Origin: Gracilinanus agilis
Lineage: Eukaryota
Direction: 5' to 3'
Assembly (NCBI RefSeq): GCF_016433145.1
Contig: NC_058133.1
Location: 474,839,660 to 474,903,659 of the forward strand
DNA length: 64,000 bases
The notes under the pieces were generated by a model, which was not told the origin of the DNA, ran no database searches, and worked only from the letters and a program-made list of their open reading frames with translations. Position numbers and translations under genes: made by a program. Shown one piece after another: positions 14,004 through 26,460 of this stretch; positions within the stretch are counted from its first letter, which is position 1; every line of letters starts with the position of its first letter.

Positions 14004-14210
14004 AGGTAATTCAGTGGGTTGAGAGCCAGGCCCAGAGGAAAGTCCTGGGTTCAGTCCTGGCCTCAGACACATCCTAGCTGTGTGACCCTGGGCAAGTCAC
14101 TTAACCCCCTTCACCTAGCCCTTTCTGCTCTTCTTTCTCAGAACCTATACTTAGTATTGATTTTAAGACAGAAGATAAGGGTTTAGAAAAGGAAAGGAAA
14201 GAAGAGAAAA
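14004..14210 (+). mobile_element. SINE1_Mdo-like SINE
   Basis: Family core with a purine-rich tail. Ends approximate. Confidence 0.82.
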
Positions 14211-15127
14211 GAAAAGAAAGGGTGCTGGCCTGAGAATTATTCAAGAGACCAAATTTCTGCTGATAACTAGATGAATGACCTTGACCTCATCAGTTTATTT
14301 CTCTGGTCAGTCTTCTTTTCTGTAAAATAAGGCTAGAGACGTTCTTTAAATTTCCTTTGAGCTCAGAAATACCATAGAATCTTAACTTCCATCTTCTAAG
14401 TTCCACTAGTGTGACAATGGTCATTGTATAGTCTCAGCAGAACACCCAATAGTTACTTTCTATCCAAAGCCTCTGGGGAGGGAAAAAATGACTCGGCTGG
14501 CCAGATTCTTTTCATTCTCAAAATCAGCATAATCTAAATCCAAGTCCCTTTATTATCTTTGAAGGATGACAAAGAAAGGCAAGACTGGGACTAAAAAGAA
14601 ACTAAGACTCCCTTTTACGGAGCCAGCCTGAGGAAGCTCAGCTGATTCCTTTCATAGGCAAATCTTTTGTGCTCCTGAAAGTATTTACAAATTATCCTAT
14701 TCACTTGTCCTAGAAATGTCCTTTTTTAAAAAACTTTTTTAAAAAACTTCTATGTCCTGGTATACCAGGATTTGTGTGATTAGCATAGGCATACTCAGCA
14801 CATTTAAAGTGAACATTTACTGAAAACTCAGTCATGAATGGCATTATTTTAAATCATTAATGAAGTGAAAATAATTAAGCTTTAAAAACTTAAAATTTTA
14901 ACAACTAAATTTTAAAATATTAAAGCTGAATACTAGTTCTATTATTTACTGCCCTTCTGGATCTCCACTTCCTCACTTGTAAAATAAAGGGATTAGAGAG
15001 AATTATTTTAAAGCCCCATCCAATCCCAGTTTAGATAGGGGTAATAGATAAAATGGAGGGTATTTTTAAAATTCCAATTCTGCAAAGGATTCTTGAATCA
15101 AATATTTTTCCCTTTTCCCTAAAATAA

Positions 15128-16004
15128 TGTCAACCTAGAAAAACACAGAACCACTAGAGTAGTCAGCAAAAGCAAGGCTTTAATCAGGAAAGAAATACTG
15201 TAAAATATTCAGCAGCCAGAAAGAGTCAAGGGCTCTGGGACTCTGGGAACTGTATCTCTGTGAGAATCAACCTGTGAGATGATTCTCCGAAGAACAATAA
15301 AACCTAGGGATCTTATGTGCCTTTGGGGTAACTAGGGACAGAGAAATATGATTGATTGGTTTTACTACGGCTACTGGGAAATGAGGAGGTTCTAGACAGA
15401 ATTATCTGGGAGAGGCTGATGCTTTACAGTGGATGTAAAAGGAAAGGGTCCAGCCTAGGACTGGGCTACCTGGGAGAGGTCTTTGATACCATGGGAGTGT
15501 TCAGCCGGGTTCTGATTTCCCAAATTAGGAGGCACACCAGATAATGTAAAAGCAAGAGGTACTGTTTTATTGCAAGCTCCAGCTTGGGTCCCACAATGGA
15601 ACAGGGAATGAGAGGTCTAGCCAGCTTATATACAGTTTGAGTTCCAGGAACTGAACAGGGCTGGATGTTAACACATGCTTCCTATCATCCATTCACCAAT
15701 GTTACTGGTCGGGGGTCTTTCCTGTCATTTAACAGATGTTACTGGTTGGGGGATTTCCTGTCATTGAGTAGGTGCTGTTATTTTTATCAGCTCTTATATC
15801 CAGTCTACTTCCAGGCCTAACAGGAGAAACTACCAGTACAAAAGGGTACTTAACATTTGATTGGGACTAGCAGACCTGTACTGGGACCATTAAGCACCTT
15901 AAGGTCTGTTGTTCAATCTGAAATGGGTGAGGCTGAAACTTCCCTGTGGGTTGAGTTCTCTGGGGACAGGGGCAAAATTGGGGTTCCCAAAAACCCAGTT
16001 GACA
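15128..16004 (-). mobile_element. Solo LTR (ERV1-like), probably with a nested insertion
   Basis: TGTCAAC...GTTGACA ends; both termini align with the LTR at 16402-16956; TSD ATAA/ATAC (3 of 4). Confidence 0.8.
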
Positions 16005-16401
16005 ATACAGAACATCCTTTTCAGCTTTATATTTGTTGTTCAGTTACCCCATTTGAGGTTTTCTTGATGAAGATACTACAGCAACTTGCCAGTTCCTTCT
16101 CCAGCTCATTTTCCATATGAGGAGACCAAGACAAAAAGGGGTAAGTGACTGGATCCAGGTCACACAGCTAGTAAAGTATATGAGGAGAGATTTGAAATCA
16201 GGAAGATGAGATTTCCTAACTCCAGGCCCAAGTCCCATGAATTAGCCCCTTTGACATATCTAGGCTTTATTTTACAGACAAAAAAAAAAATCTCCCCAGT
16301 GATTTTTTTCCCTTAACAGCTGTGCTTTACTATGAAGGGCCAATAGGGAAGCTCAAAGACATGACCAGAAAAGAATCCTTTAAAAATTAAAAATATTAAT
16401 C

Positions 16402-16956
16402 TGTCAACTGGGTTTTTGGGGAACTCCAATTTTGCCCCTGTCCCCTGAGAACTCACTCCGAGGGAAGTCCCAGCCTTACCCATTTCAGACAGAACAATAG
16501 ACCTTAAGGTACTTAATGACTGAAGTACTGGTGGGACTAGCAGACCTAATCAAATGTTATTGTGCCCTTTTGTACTGGTAGTTTCTCCCATGGCATCAAA
16601 GTCCTCTCCCAGGTGGCCCAGGCCCTTGGCTGGACCCTTCTCTTTTGTATCCATGGTAAAGCATCAGCCTCTCCCTGATTATCCTGTCTTGGACTTCTCA
16701 TTTCCCTGTAGCCATGGTAATGTCAATCAATCATATTTCCCTGTCCTTAGTTTCCCAAATGGTATAATAGTTTCCCAAGTTCTACTGTTCTTTGGAGAAT
16801 CTTCTAGCACGTCCCCAGAGCCCCAGAGTTTTGACCCTTTGTAGTTCTTAGTTCTTGGCTCTGTTATAGCGGCCGATTATTGGACCTTTCTCTTTCCTGA
16901 GTAAAGACTTGGTTTTTCTGACTACTTTAGTAGTTCTGTGTTTTTCCAAGTTGACA
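16402..16956 (+). mobile_element. Solo LTR (ERV1-like), 555 bp
   Basis: TGTCAAC...GTTGACA ends and a perfect 4-bp TSD AATC (16398-16401, 16957-16960). Confidence 0.88.
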
Positions 16957-19355
16957 AATCTTTTTTTTTTCTTTCTGGTACCCAGATTGTCATACTATGA
17001 GCTACACCACAGTTAACAACGTGAATCCAGGTGAATCCAACTGATTGATTTTTCTCTGAACAATCTCCAGCCAATTAGAGTCCCCAAGCAGGAGCTGAAA
17101 CCTCTTTGAAGGCAGGAAAGGGAGAGTGCAGACAGCAAGCTGGAAGCCTACACAAAGTGCATTCTGCCAAGCAGGAATGTCAGCAGAGCAAGAGGACCAG
17201 TGCCTTTGAAAGACTGGTAGAAGAGTCTCAGCCTGCAGATCAGCCTAGTGACTAGACCAGTGTCCTTCCTTCAAACACCAGAGCTTAGGGGAAGTAGGAG
17301 AGGGATATGATTGGGAAGGAGAGCAAATGAACAGAAATGATGGAAGCTCAGACTATGGCTACAGGAACCAAGAGAACCCAAAGTAAGGCTGCCTTCCCTG
17401 GCATGATTCAGATCCTAAACAACTCAATCCCACCATGTCAAAAGAGCAGTGGGCACACTGGGTATACTCCTTTACATATACCTATGGTAATTAGCTCAGG
17501 ATGGAGAAATTAAGACAAAACCTATATGACCGGGAGTAGTATTATTTTGTAGTAAAAGGGAAAAAAATAGAAAGAATCCTCAAGAACCCACCATGGTAAA
17601 ATAAAGAAATCACTGGCTTTAAAATGATTAAAGCTGAATTTGAACACTGGTTCTGTTATTTACTATCTTTCTGGATCTCTACTTCCTTACTTGTAAAATG
17701 TAGGATTTAGCTGAGATTATTTATAAGTCCCATCTGGTCCAAAATTTAGATGGGGACAGTTCTTTATGCCAGAATTGATCATAGAAGTTCAATAATCAAC
17801 TTGAGGAGGGGAGTGGAAAGTATATCTCCCAATGGAGGGTTGAGTATGTCCACTGACATCTTCTAGAAAGGATTAAAAACATTGCCTAACTTCATCCACT
17901 GGGAATTAATTAATTGGCTTGGGCTTTTATGGAATGGGGGCCAGGCTTTGTGCTTAGTCTATAAAAGGGAGCTGGCCTGCCTGTTACTGTTTCTTTTCTG
18001 AAGATCCTAGATATGCCAGTTGCTGTCCTTCAAAGAGATATAAATATTCTCCCTTCTCTCAGCCCATCATATATTGATTAGCCCACCCATTAAGAGGCCA
18101 ACTACTCAGGAGAGGCAAGGTGGAGAGGGCCCCAAATATGGTGGCTGCTATAGTAGTAGCTTGACTAGAAATCCTAGATTCAGCCACAGAAAGACAGACA
18201 CGTCCTCAGTCATGGCCTCAGAAGGCCAGAGTTTGGAAATTTAGTCTTCTAAGAGGGGAGGAACTCCTGGGCAGTATAAGACTCCTGGAAAGTTCAGGGA
18301 CACAGCCTCCTCAATAGAGGAAGAATTCTCAAGTTTAGGATTATCCTATGTCAAAAGTTGTAAGACTTTGGAAGTCCAGTGCCCCTTATTTGAACCATGG
18401 CCCAGAGATTTTAAATGGTTTACTCATGGTCACTTCAGGGGTGAGATTTGAACCCAGATCTTCTGACTCCAGATGTTTTTACTCTTTCCACTGGATTGTA
18501 TTGTTTCTTGGGAAGAGGAGAATGCCCTAAAATTAGAAAAAACTACATTCTATGTTATTGAGAGCCAGAGGCCTGCTGAGTTGTAGATAATGCTGGTCCA
18601 GTGGGGTGGGGAAGGTTGCTTCTTCCAGCAGCCCTAATTTCATTTCCATCGAGAGAGAGCCAAGGCCCCATTGTGATATCAAAAGATTAGAGGCCTTTTT
18701 AGGTCCCGAGGGTGAATATGGGACCACATGAAATGTTCAGAGAGGCTGAAGGTTTAACTAACCCTTTGTTTTTTCCTCTGCTCTGAGGTGAATCTAGACC
18801 ACAGGGTGGTGCTATGTTTCTAGAGCAGTGGTTTCCACATGTGTTTTAATTAGGCACTCCCCCACAGTAAAAACTATTTTGGGTAGGAACACTTCTCTCA
18901 TGTGTGTGCTTAGTCAGGAATTATATACGTGTGTACCATTGTACTAATATGTACATTGTTTTGAAGGACTATTTGAGATTATTAAAAAAGAATGGCCAAA
19001 AGTAGAATTTAAAGATAGCTGAGATAAAGATAAATAAACTATATTTGCAGTTTTTATTTTATTAAAGGTACAAAGAAACTTTTTGTTCTTGAGAATAAGG
19101 TCACTAGTTATGTCTAACACAAGCACTGGGTTTGGAGTCAAAGGAGCTGGTTTCAAATCCTACCTGGGCACTAAATACCTGTGTGACCTTGGGCAAATCT
19201 CAGTTCCTGAAGGGATCAGGCACCTGGATGGCCTCGGAGATGCCTTTAGTTCTCATGCTTTTACACTATGAAAGAAAAAATACCTGTTTATGCCCCTGAA
19301 AGCTGAGGCAGATATGTAAGGAAGGAATAGTTGTTTATTAGTAATTAATCAGTCA

Positions 19356-19606
19356 GGGCAGCTGGGTAGCTCAGTGGATTGAGAGCCAGGCCCTAGGTTC
19401 AAATCTGGCCTCAGACACTTCCCAACTGTGTAACCCTGGGCAAGTCACTTGACCCCCATTGCCCACCCTTACCACTCTTCCACCAAGGAGTCAATACACA
19501 GAAGTTAAGGGTTTTATAAATAAATAAATAAACAAGCAAATGAATGAATGAATGAATGAATGAGTGAATAAATACATAAATAAATAAATGAATGAATAAA
19601 TGAAAA
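19356..19606 (+). mobile_element. SINE1_Mdo-like SINE (short-3' variant) with a (TAAA)n/(TGAA)n tail
   Basis: 13-bp TSD GTAATTAATCAGT (19341-19353, 19608-19620). Confidence 0.9.
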
Positions 19607-20697
19607 GGTAATTAATCAGTTAATTTGATTGAGATAGCTAACCAAGTGGGAGAGTTTTGCTTTAAGAATACTTTATTAGAGGATATCCAATATAAGTCAA
19701 GTATCAGGTCCTAAAAGTCAGTGAACATGAAACAGGAAGTTTTCAGCAAGCCATGTTTCCCTATGTAATGATTCACCACTTATATAAGGCAAAAGGGAAT
19801 TATATCAGAGCCTCAGCTAAAAATAATAATAATGAGATTGATGATGATAGAATTAATATAGGGCCTACTATGTACCAAGCCCTTTAACAATGATCTTGTT
19901 TGATCCTTACTCCTGGAAGAAGGTACTCTTTATTATCCCCATTTTATTATCCCCAGTTGAGGAAACTGAGACAGACAAAAGTTAAGTGACTTGCCCTATG
20001 ACACAGCTAATAAGCTTCTGAGGCCAGATTTGAATTCAAGGCTTCCAAACTCCTGGTCTATCACCTACAGACTTTCCTGGCTTCCTTTAAGTCCTAACTA
20101 AAATCTTATCTTCTATAGAAAAGTTTTTCTAATCCTTCTCTAGTCTTCTGAGTTATTCCTTATTTAGCCAATTGTTATATAGGCTATTAAACAAACTATT
20201 ACTATATAGTGTGTTTACACATATTTGTTGTCTCCTCTATTAGAACGTGAGATCCTCCAGAACAGTGCCTGGCACATAGTAGGTGTCTGATAAATGGTTA
20301 TTGACTTAACTGAGCAGAACCCTCTCCATTATACCACCTAGTTGTTATTAATGACTATAAATCCATTTCTCTTTCTTTACATGGTTCTCCTAACTGGATA
20401 TCATCGTAACTTCATTTCCCATTTGGGTGCTTTTGTTGTGTTTTTAATGTGAATAGAAGGTACGGTGAGAAAGCCAATTTGCCTAGACCAACAATTCTCA
20501 AATTTTTTGTTCTCAAGACCCCTTTATATTTAAAAAGTGCTGTAGATCCCTCCAAGAGCTTTTTTTTTTTTTTAATGTGGGTTATATTTATTGATGCTAA
20601 AGTATCTTAGTATAAATATAAAAATACTTTGGGCCCCTCAGACCCCCTAAAAGGGTCTCAGAGACTCCCAGGAACCACACTTTGAAAATGGATGGGT

Positions 20698-20840
20698 TTC
20701 TGGCCTCAGATACTTCCTAGCTGTGTTACCCTGGGCAAGTCACTTAACTGCCATTACCTACCCTTACCTAGCCACTCTTCTGAAGCCTTAGAACCAATAT
20801 TGGTTCTAAGCAGAAGGTAAGGGTTTAAAAAAAAAAAAAA
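20698..20840 (+). mobile_element. 5'-truncated SINE1_Mdo-like SINE
   Basis: Core and A tail. Confidence 0.8.
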
Positions 20841-22067
20841 GAATGGGCTAGAGACCATAGAATACATGCAGGAGAGTAATATTATATAATAAAGTTGGAA
20901 TGATAGGCTAGGTCCGGGTTTTGAAGGGTTTCAAAATGCCAATCACAGAAGTTTCTATTTGATTCTAAAGACAACTTGGAAGTTTATTTGTGGGGAAGGA
21001 GTACTAGTGAATTAAGAAAACCACTGATATCTGAATGGAAGATTTGAGTGGATCAACTCAAGATCAAGAGTTATCAGGAAGTCATTACAATGGCCCAGGC
21101 AAAAAGTGACTTGGCCTGACCTACAGAGAGTGATAGTTGTATGAGTTGAGAAAGGAGACTGATGGGAGAGATGTAGGGACAAGATTTAGAGTGGGATGAG
21201 TGAAAGTAAAGAATCAGTAACAGTCACTTTGTAAAAGAGAGTGACTGGAAGGATGGCAATGCCCCCAATGATAAAAAGGGAAGTTTCCAGGAAGAATGTG
21301 TTGGGAGCCAGGGGAGGGACAGTAATGAGATTTGCAATGCAGATCACAGTGCAGCCAAGCCTGCTCATCCAGTATGACTCATTCTGTTCCACCTAAAATG
21401 AAAAAGAGGGGGAGAGGGGAATTTTCCAATGTCATCTACCAAGCTGAGGGTGTCCCAATTAGGAGAAGGTTATAAATGCTTGAGCAGCTGGCATTCTGAG
21501 GGGGGAGACTGAGAGGAAGAGTGGATGAGTACCCTCCAGGGCTAGATCAGTTGTCCCCAGAGTGCCAGTTCTGGCCAGATGAGGAGCTGAAGCCTGATCC
21601 CCAAGGGATGTGTGATCAGCCAATCAGAGAATGAAGCTGCATCCCATTTTTCCTGCAATAGCCACTCTGGGAGCTTGCCTTCTACAGGCCCTCACCAATC
21701 CATATCCTCTTTATGCTCCCCCAATTCTGCTCTCTTCTCCATCAGTGCAGATTTCAAAGCTTCCTTCTTCTGAGGTGGGGTCCCAGAACCACTTCTAGAG
21801 TACCCTCTTGATCATTACCCAGTCACACATTTGAAATGTAGGTTCCAAAATTCAAGGCAGTAAAAGCCCTGCCTCTCTCATTTTCATTCTTGAGACTCAC
21901 AGGATCCACTTCCTCCTTTCCCAGAGAGTTATCGCCTTAGTTCAGCTTTTGCTTGGACTATTGCAGTGGCCCCCTAACTGTCCTCTGTGCCTCAAGTCAC
22001 TTACCTCAACTTTCCTTCCTCTATATGGCTCCAAATATATTTTCTTCTTCTTCATTTTTTTTAAATC

Positions 22068-22266
22068 TTATTTATTTATTTATTGTTTTTTAACCTTTAA
22101 CTTCTGTGTATTGCCTCCTAGGTGGAAGAGTGGTAAAGATGGGCAATGGGGATGAAGTGACTTGCCCAGGGTCACACAGCTGGGAAGTGTCTGAGGTCAG
22201 ATTTGAACCTAGGACCTCCTATCTCTAGGCCTGACTCTCAATCCACTGAGCTACCCAGCTGCCCCC
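22068..22266 (-). mobile_element. SINE1_Mdo-like SINE
   Basis: Reverse complement of the consensus, ending ...ctacccagctgcccc. Confidence 0.85.
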
Positions 22267-22330
22267 CTATATTTTCTTCTTAATTTAATAGTCTTAATCA
22301 TTTCACTCCCCTATTCAGGAAACTCTAGTG

Positions 22331-22493
22331 CAGGGGTCGGCAACCTTTTTGGCCGTGAGAGCCATAAACGCCACATTTTTTAAATGTAATTTCGTGAGAG
22401 CCGTACAGTGCTCACAGTGCCGCTCCTGTAATAGTGCCTGAAAAAAATGACTTTATGGTTCTTCCAGAAAGAGCCATACGTTGTCGACCCCTG
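22331..22493 (-). mobile_element. hAT/Charlie MITE of the same family as 1995-2201, internally deleted
   Basis: TIRs CAGGGGTCGGCAAC / GTTGTCGACCCCTG and a perfect 8-bp TSD CTCTAGTG (22323-22330, 22494-22501). Confidence 0.93.
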
Positions 22494-22900
22494 CTCTAGT
22501 GGCTCTCTATCCACTCTAGAATCAAATATTTCATCTTTATTTCATTGTTTTTAAATGTCTTTTGTTCTGTGCATTTAATAAAATACATAATTATTAATAC
22601 AATAGGATATGCAGATGATTTTTTTGCTGACCACATGGATTTAATTATAGAATTAACTACATTTGACTACAATTAGAATTACTAATTGATCCCACACCAT
22701 TAGCATGAATACTGGTAGCAATGACTTAAACAATAGTAGCAGTAGGCCCTTATGTAAGTCATCTATAAATAAATATATACATGTTAAATGCAAATCAAAA
22801 ATTGAGGTTCATGCCCAAGAAAGTTTGAGAGCACTGGTTTAGAGGAATATATAGATCCCTGGCATCTGTAGAGAGGGAGAATCATATTGATTGTTTATAG

Positions 22901-23233
22901 CAATGATGGTGAACCTTTTAGAGCCTTTTAAGAGACCAAGTACTATGTCCTACCTCCCAGACTCCATGCACCCCCAGCCCAGACCAAGTGCCCCTCTACA
23001 CCTTACCCCAGACAGGGGAGGGAGAAAGGGAAAAGAATGGCCTGAGTGCTCTGCTCAGGGGAGGGAGTAAGCTCAGAGGGGCAAGGAGGCATGGTGAAGA
23101 AGGGGAAGGTAGTAGCTCTGCCAGAGTCCCTCTGCCTTTCTAGTAACTAGCTCTGCAGTGGGTGTTGCATGTGCTCACAGATTGGTCTCTATGTGCCATT
23201 TTTGGCACATGTGCCATAGGTTCACTATCATGG
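22901..23233. mobile_element. hAT MITE of a second family, 333 bp
   Basis: Imperfect TIRs CAATGATGGTGAACC / GGTTCACTATCATGG; 8-bp TSD GTTTATAG/GTTTATAA (7 of 8). Confidence 0.75.
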
Positions 23234-23938
23234 GTTTATAAACTACACTGAATCCTTTTTTTTTTCTTCAATTCTATCTTATGGTATGCCTAATATTCAT
23301 TATTATCTTGAGAGCATAGTATTGAGGTGGAGGAAAGTAAATACAGTAACCTGCATTTTAGGAACATCTGTCAGAAACAATTTTTTTTTTGTTAACATTA
23401 TTCTTAAACCAAACAATTCTAGCCTACAGAGAAGAGTCCAAACTAATATACTATCTTCAATGCCCTCAAACATTTCTCTATCACTTTACTTCAAGAAAAT
23501 GTAAGGGAGGAATCTTGAACAAGAAAAAGATTCTAACAATTATAAATACAATTCATGATGAACATTCCAGAATAACCACCACTCAGTTACCCCATACAAA
23601 GACTGAAATGCCCTTTTCCCTAGATCAGCATCACAGTACTACTTTCTCAATAACAGAGCAGGGCACTTCCCTCTCTTGCCAACTGCTTCTGGGAATGGGG
23701 AAGGTAAGGATCTAAGCAAGATAAGAAATAAATCTGATTATCACTCTTCATCCTTTTAAGAGCAAGACTTTAACTTTTGTTAAACCCACTTTCCTAAACA
23801 GAAAGTTCTAGGAAAGGTTTTAGTCTGGAGAAAAATATTATTTAATATTTTCATTTGAACAAAAAAAGGTTTTTATATGCTTCCACAATGGGAACTAGCA
23901 ATACTTGCCATTTATCTGTTATTGAAAGTGGATTTTGA

Positions 23939-24122
23939 GGGGCAGCTAGGTGGCTCAATACTGTGAGAGCTAGGTCTAGAAAAAGGAGGTCCTGGGTTCA
24001 GATTTGGTTTCAGTACTTCCTAACTGTGTGACCCTGGGCAAGTCACTTAAATCCCAATGGCTAGACCTTACCTCTCTTCTGCCTTAGAACCAATACATAG
24101 TATTGAGTCTAACACAGTTAAG

Positions 24123-24159
<37 letters not shown>
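23939..24159 (+). mobile_element. SINE1_Mdo-like SINE
   Basis: Full-length with a long poly(A) tail. Confidence 0.85.
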
Positions 24160-24162
<3 letters not shown>

Positions 24163-24399
24163 TGCAGTTTTGAAAGAATGTATCTGACTCCATTCTGTTC
24201 TGTATTTGGTTTGTTTGGGGAGTTTTTTCAACTTCTCAGCATATACCAAGGGACAGTTTAAAGCCAAGTGTCTGTCTTCTCCCCTCCCCCTCATTGCTTC
24301 ACAAAAGAGAACTCCAGAGGACTTGGAATATGTAGTTCCAGAAACGCACTCCCTTCTCCATATCATAAAAAAGCAGCACTGGTAACTTAACAATGCACA

Positions 24400-24606
24400 G
24401 TAGTTTTAGTGCCTGACTTGGACTCTGACCTCAGATACTTACTTAGCTGTGTGACCTTAGGCAGGACACTTAAAACCTATTTACCTCAGTTTCCTTATCT
24501 GGAAAATGGATGGCTAAGGAAACTGCAAACCACTCTGGTATCTTTGCCAAGAAAAAGAAAACTCTAAATGGGACTACCAAGTCAGACACAACTGAACTGC
24601 AACAAT
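24400..24606 (+). mobile_element. MAR1-like CORE-SINE with an RTE-derived tail
   Basis: MIR core followed by 'aagtcagacacaactgaactgcaacaa', typical of RTE-mobilised marsupial SINEs. Confidence 0.65.
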
Positions 24607-26039
24607 AGCTTAGCAAATTGACAGATAAAGATACTATTTTCTTTAGTCTAGTGGAAATGGCTATGGTATAGGATACATTCTTTCTTTCCTTTGTAACAAT
24701 TAAAGCATCCTAAAAAAAAAAAAAATGCCTTTTCCTTCTGCCAAAGTGTCCTCCCAGATCTTACTCAATGATAACAATGATAAACATATCTTCTCTTCTG
24801 CTACTCTTTCTGGGTCACATAGCTCAAAATAAGAGGGGAGGGGGGGCGGAGGAATATGTGTGGTGTATATTATATATTTGTATATTTTATTACATCTGAG
24901 TTATGAGACACGGACCCCTCACCTATTTATTGATGGTGTGTGTCATACTCTTGAGTGAATAAACTGCACTTTACCTTTGTGTATCTTGTACTAGCTTATT
25001 TGGGCAGTGATTAACTATCAAGGACACTGAAAAGTCTCCCAAAACTGTTGAGACCCAGATATAAGTGATTTTCTGAGTTTCCTGCTGGAAATTTAGGGAT
25101 ACCAAAGATTGAATGCCATCTGTATAAATATAGAACTTGGAATATTGGTTCATAAAAGTCAGATTCTGGTAGAGTAGATGGTGCAGGGCTTAGAGTCAGA
25201 AAGATCTACATTTCAATGATTCAAATTTAATGTTTCCTGTACTTGCTGAGAGATTCCCCAACAATTCACTTAGCCCCGATAAACCTCAGTTACCTCATTT
25301 GTGAAATTGTTTTGCACCCATCACACAGGGTTATTGTGAGGAACAAATGAAATAATGTTCACAAAGTATTTTATTAATAGGAACAATTACAATTTTAAAA
25401 ATGTGGACTAGAATTGTTATATATCCCAGTTATTATCTAGAATGGCCTCTATTAAAATATGTCTTACAATTTGGGGGTCTTTCACAGTACTGATATTTTT
25501 TAAAGCATTTTAGAAACTTTGAAGCTCTATGTAAATATAAATTTTCAGTTGTTAATAATATTTTCTAACAGTTTGACTGGATCACATAAACCATTTTCCA
25601 TCCCATCCTAGTGTCACCAGTTAGAATATCCTTCAAAGTAAAATCTTCCTTAGATTTGACAGCCTTGATGGAAATGAAAAAGTGTTAGAACCACATTACT
25701 TTCTATTTAAACCATAACTTTGGAAAAGGTTGTGATCTCTTGATCACAATTACTTCTAATTAGTTAATAAAGAACTACAGAAGAGAATACAAAAAAGATC
25801 ATTGACTCATTCATTTAAATCCCTGATTGACACGCACAAACATACATGCACATATACATACATGTATGTGGAGGTTATTTATATGCATTTACCTTTTGTG
25901 ATATATATGCATCACTGATATATATGTGGGTCCGCAAGGTGATGTTCTTGGTATGAATATAGAATTTCTAGTCCTGCTCATTTTCTGTCTCTGACTAATT
26001 CATTAAGAACTGGGCTATTACTAAGGGAAGGATGCAAAC

Positions 26040-26460
26040 AAATCGTTCAAATACACAGTAACCCATCCTCTTTTCGGGGCGGGGTCCCAGTTCTCCACTA
26101 CAGCCTCTGGATTGCCCAGCCTGGCTGGCGTCTCTGGGTTCAACAGAAATTCTGAGAGGGAACTACAATTACCATGACTGCTCGAAAAGCTGGTTCGACG
26201 GCATGTCGGGAATTAGGTTCCAAAGCCCTCCCCTGCTCGCTAATGTGAGGATGAGGACTCCATTTCCCGTCATGTTTCGCGAAATATCAATTCCCGTTGC
26301 GTTTCCCGCGAGATTGGGATCGGAGCAAGCGTAACGAACCCGAGTCCGAGGCGGAAGCAGCCGAGTGCTAGGGGCTGGTAGAAAGTGGGATACCGACCGG
26401 ACGTCGGCTCAGAGGTCAATTCTGAAGTACGTTCCTCCCTGCTCTCCCCTAGGTGTTTTT
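26040..26460 (+). promoter_or_regulatory. BOLA1: BOLA1 CpG-island promoter and probable non-coding exon 1
   Basis: GC box at about 26076-26085; ACTACAATTACC 26162-26173; TTTCGCGAAA 26275-26284; TTTCCCGC 26302-26309; ATTGG 26313-26317; ETS CGGAAG; candidate donor AA|GTACGT at 26427. Confidence 0.7.

Noticed and set aside
17770-18200. LTR-like block with CTATAAAAGGG
   Set aside because: No TG...CA ends with a TSD could be defined.
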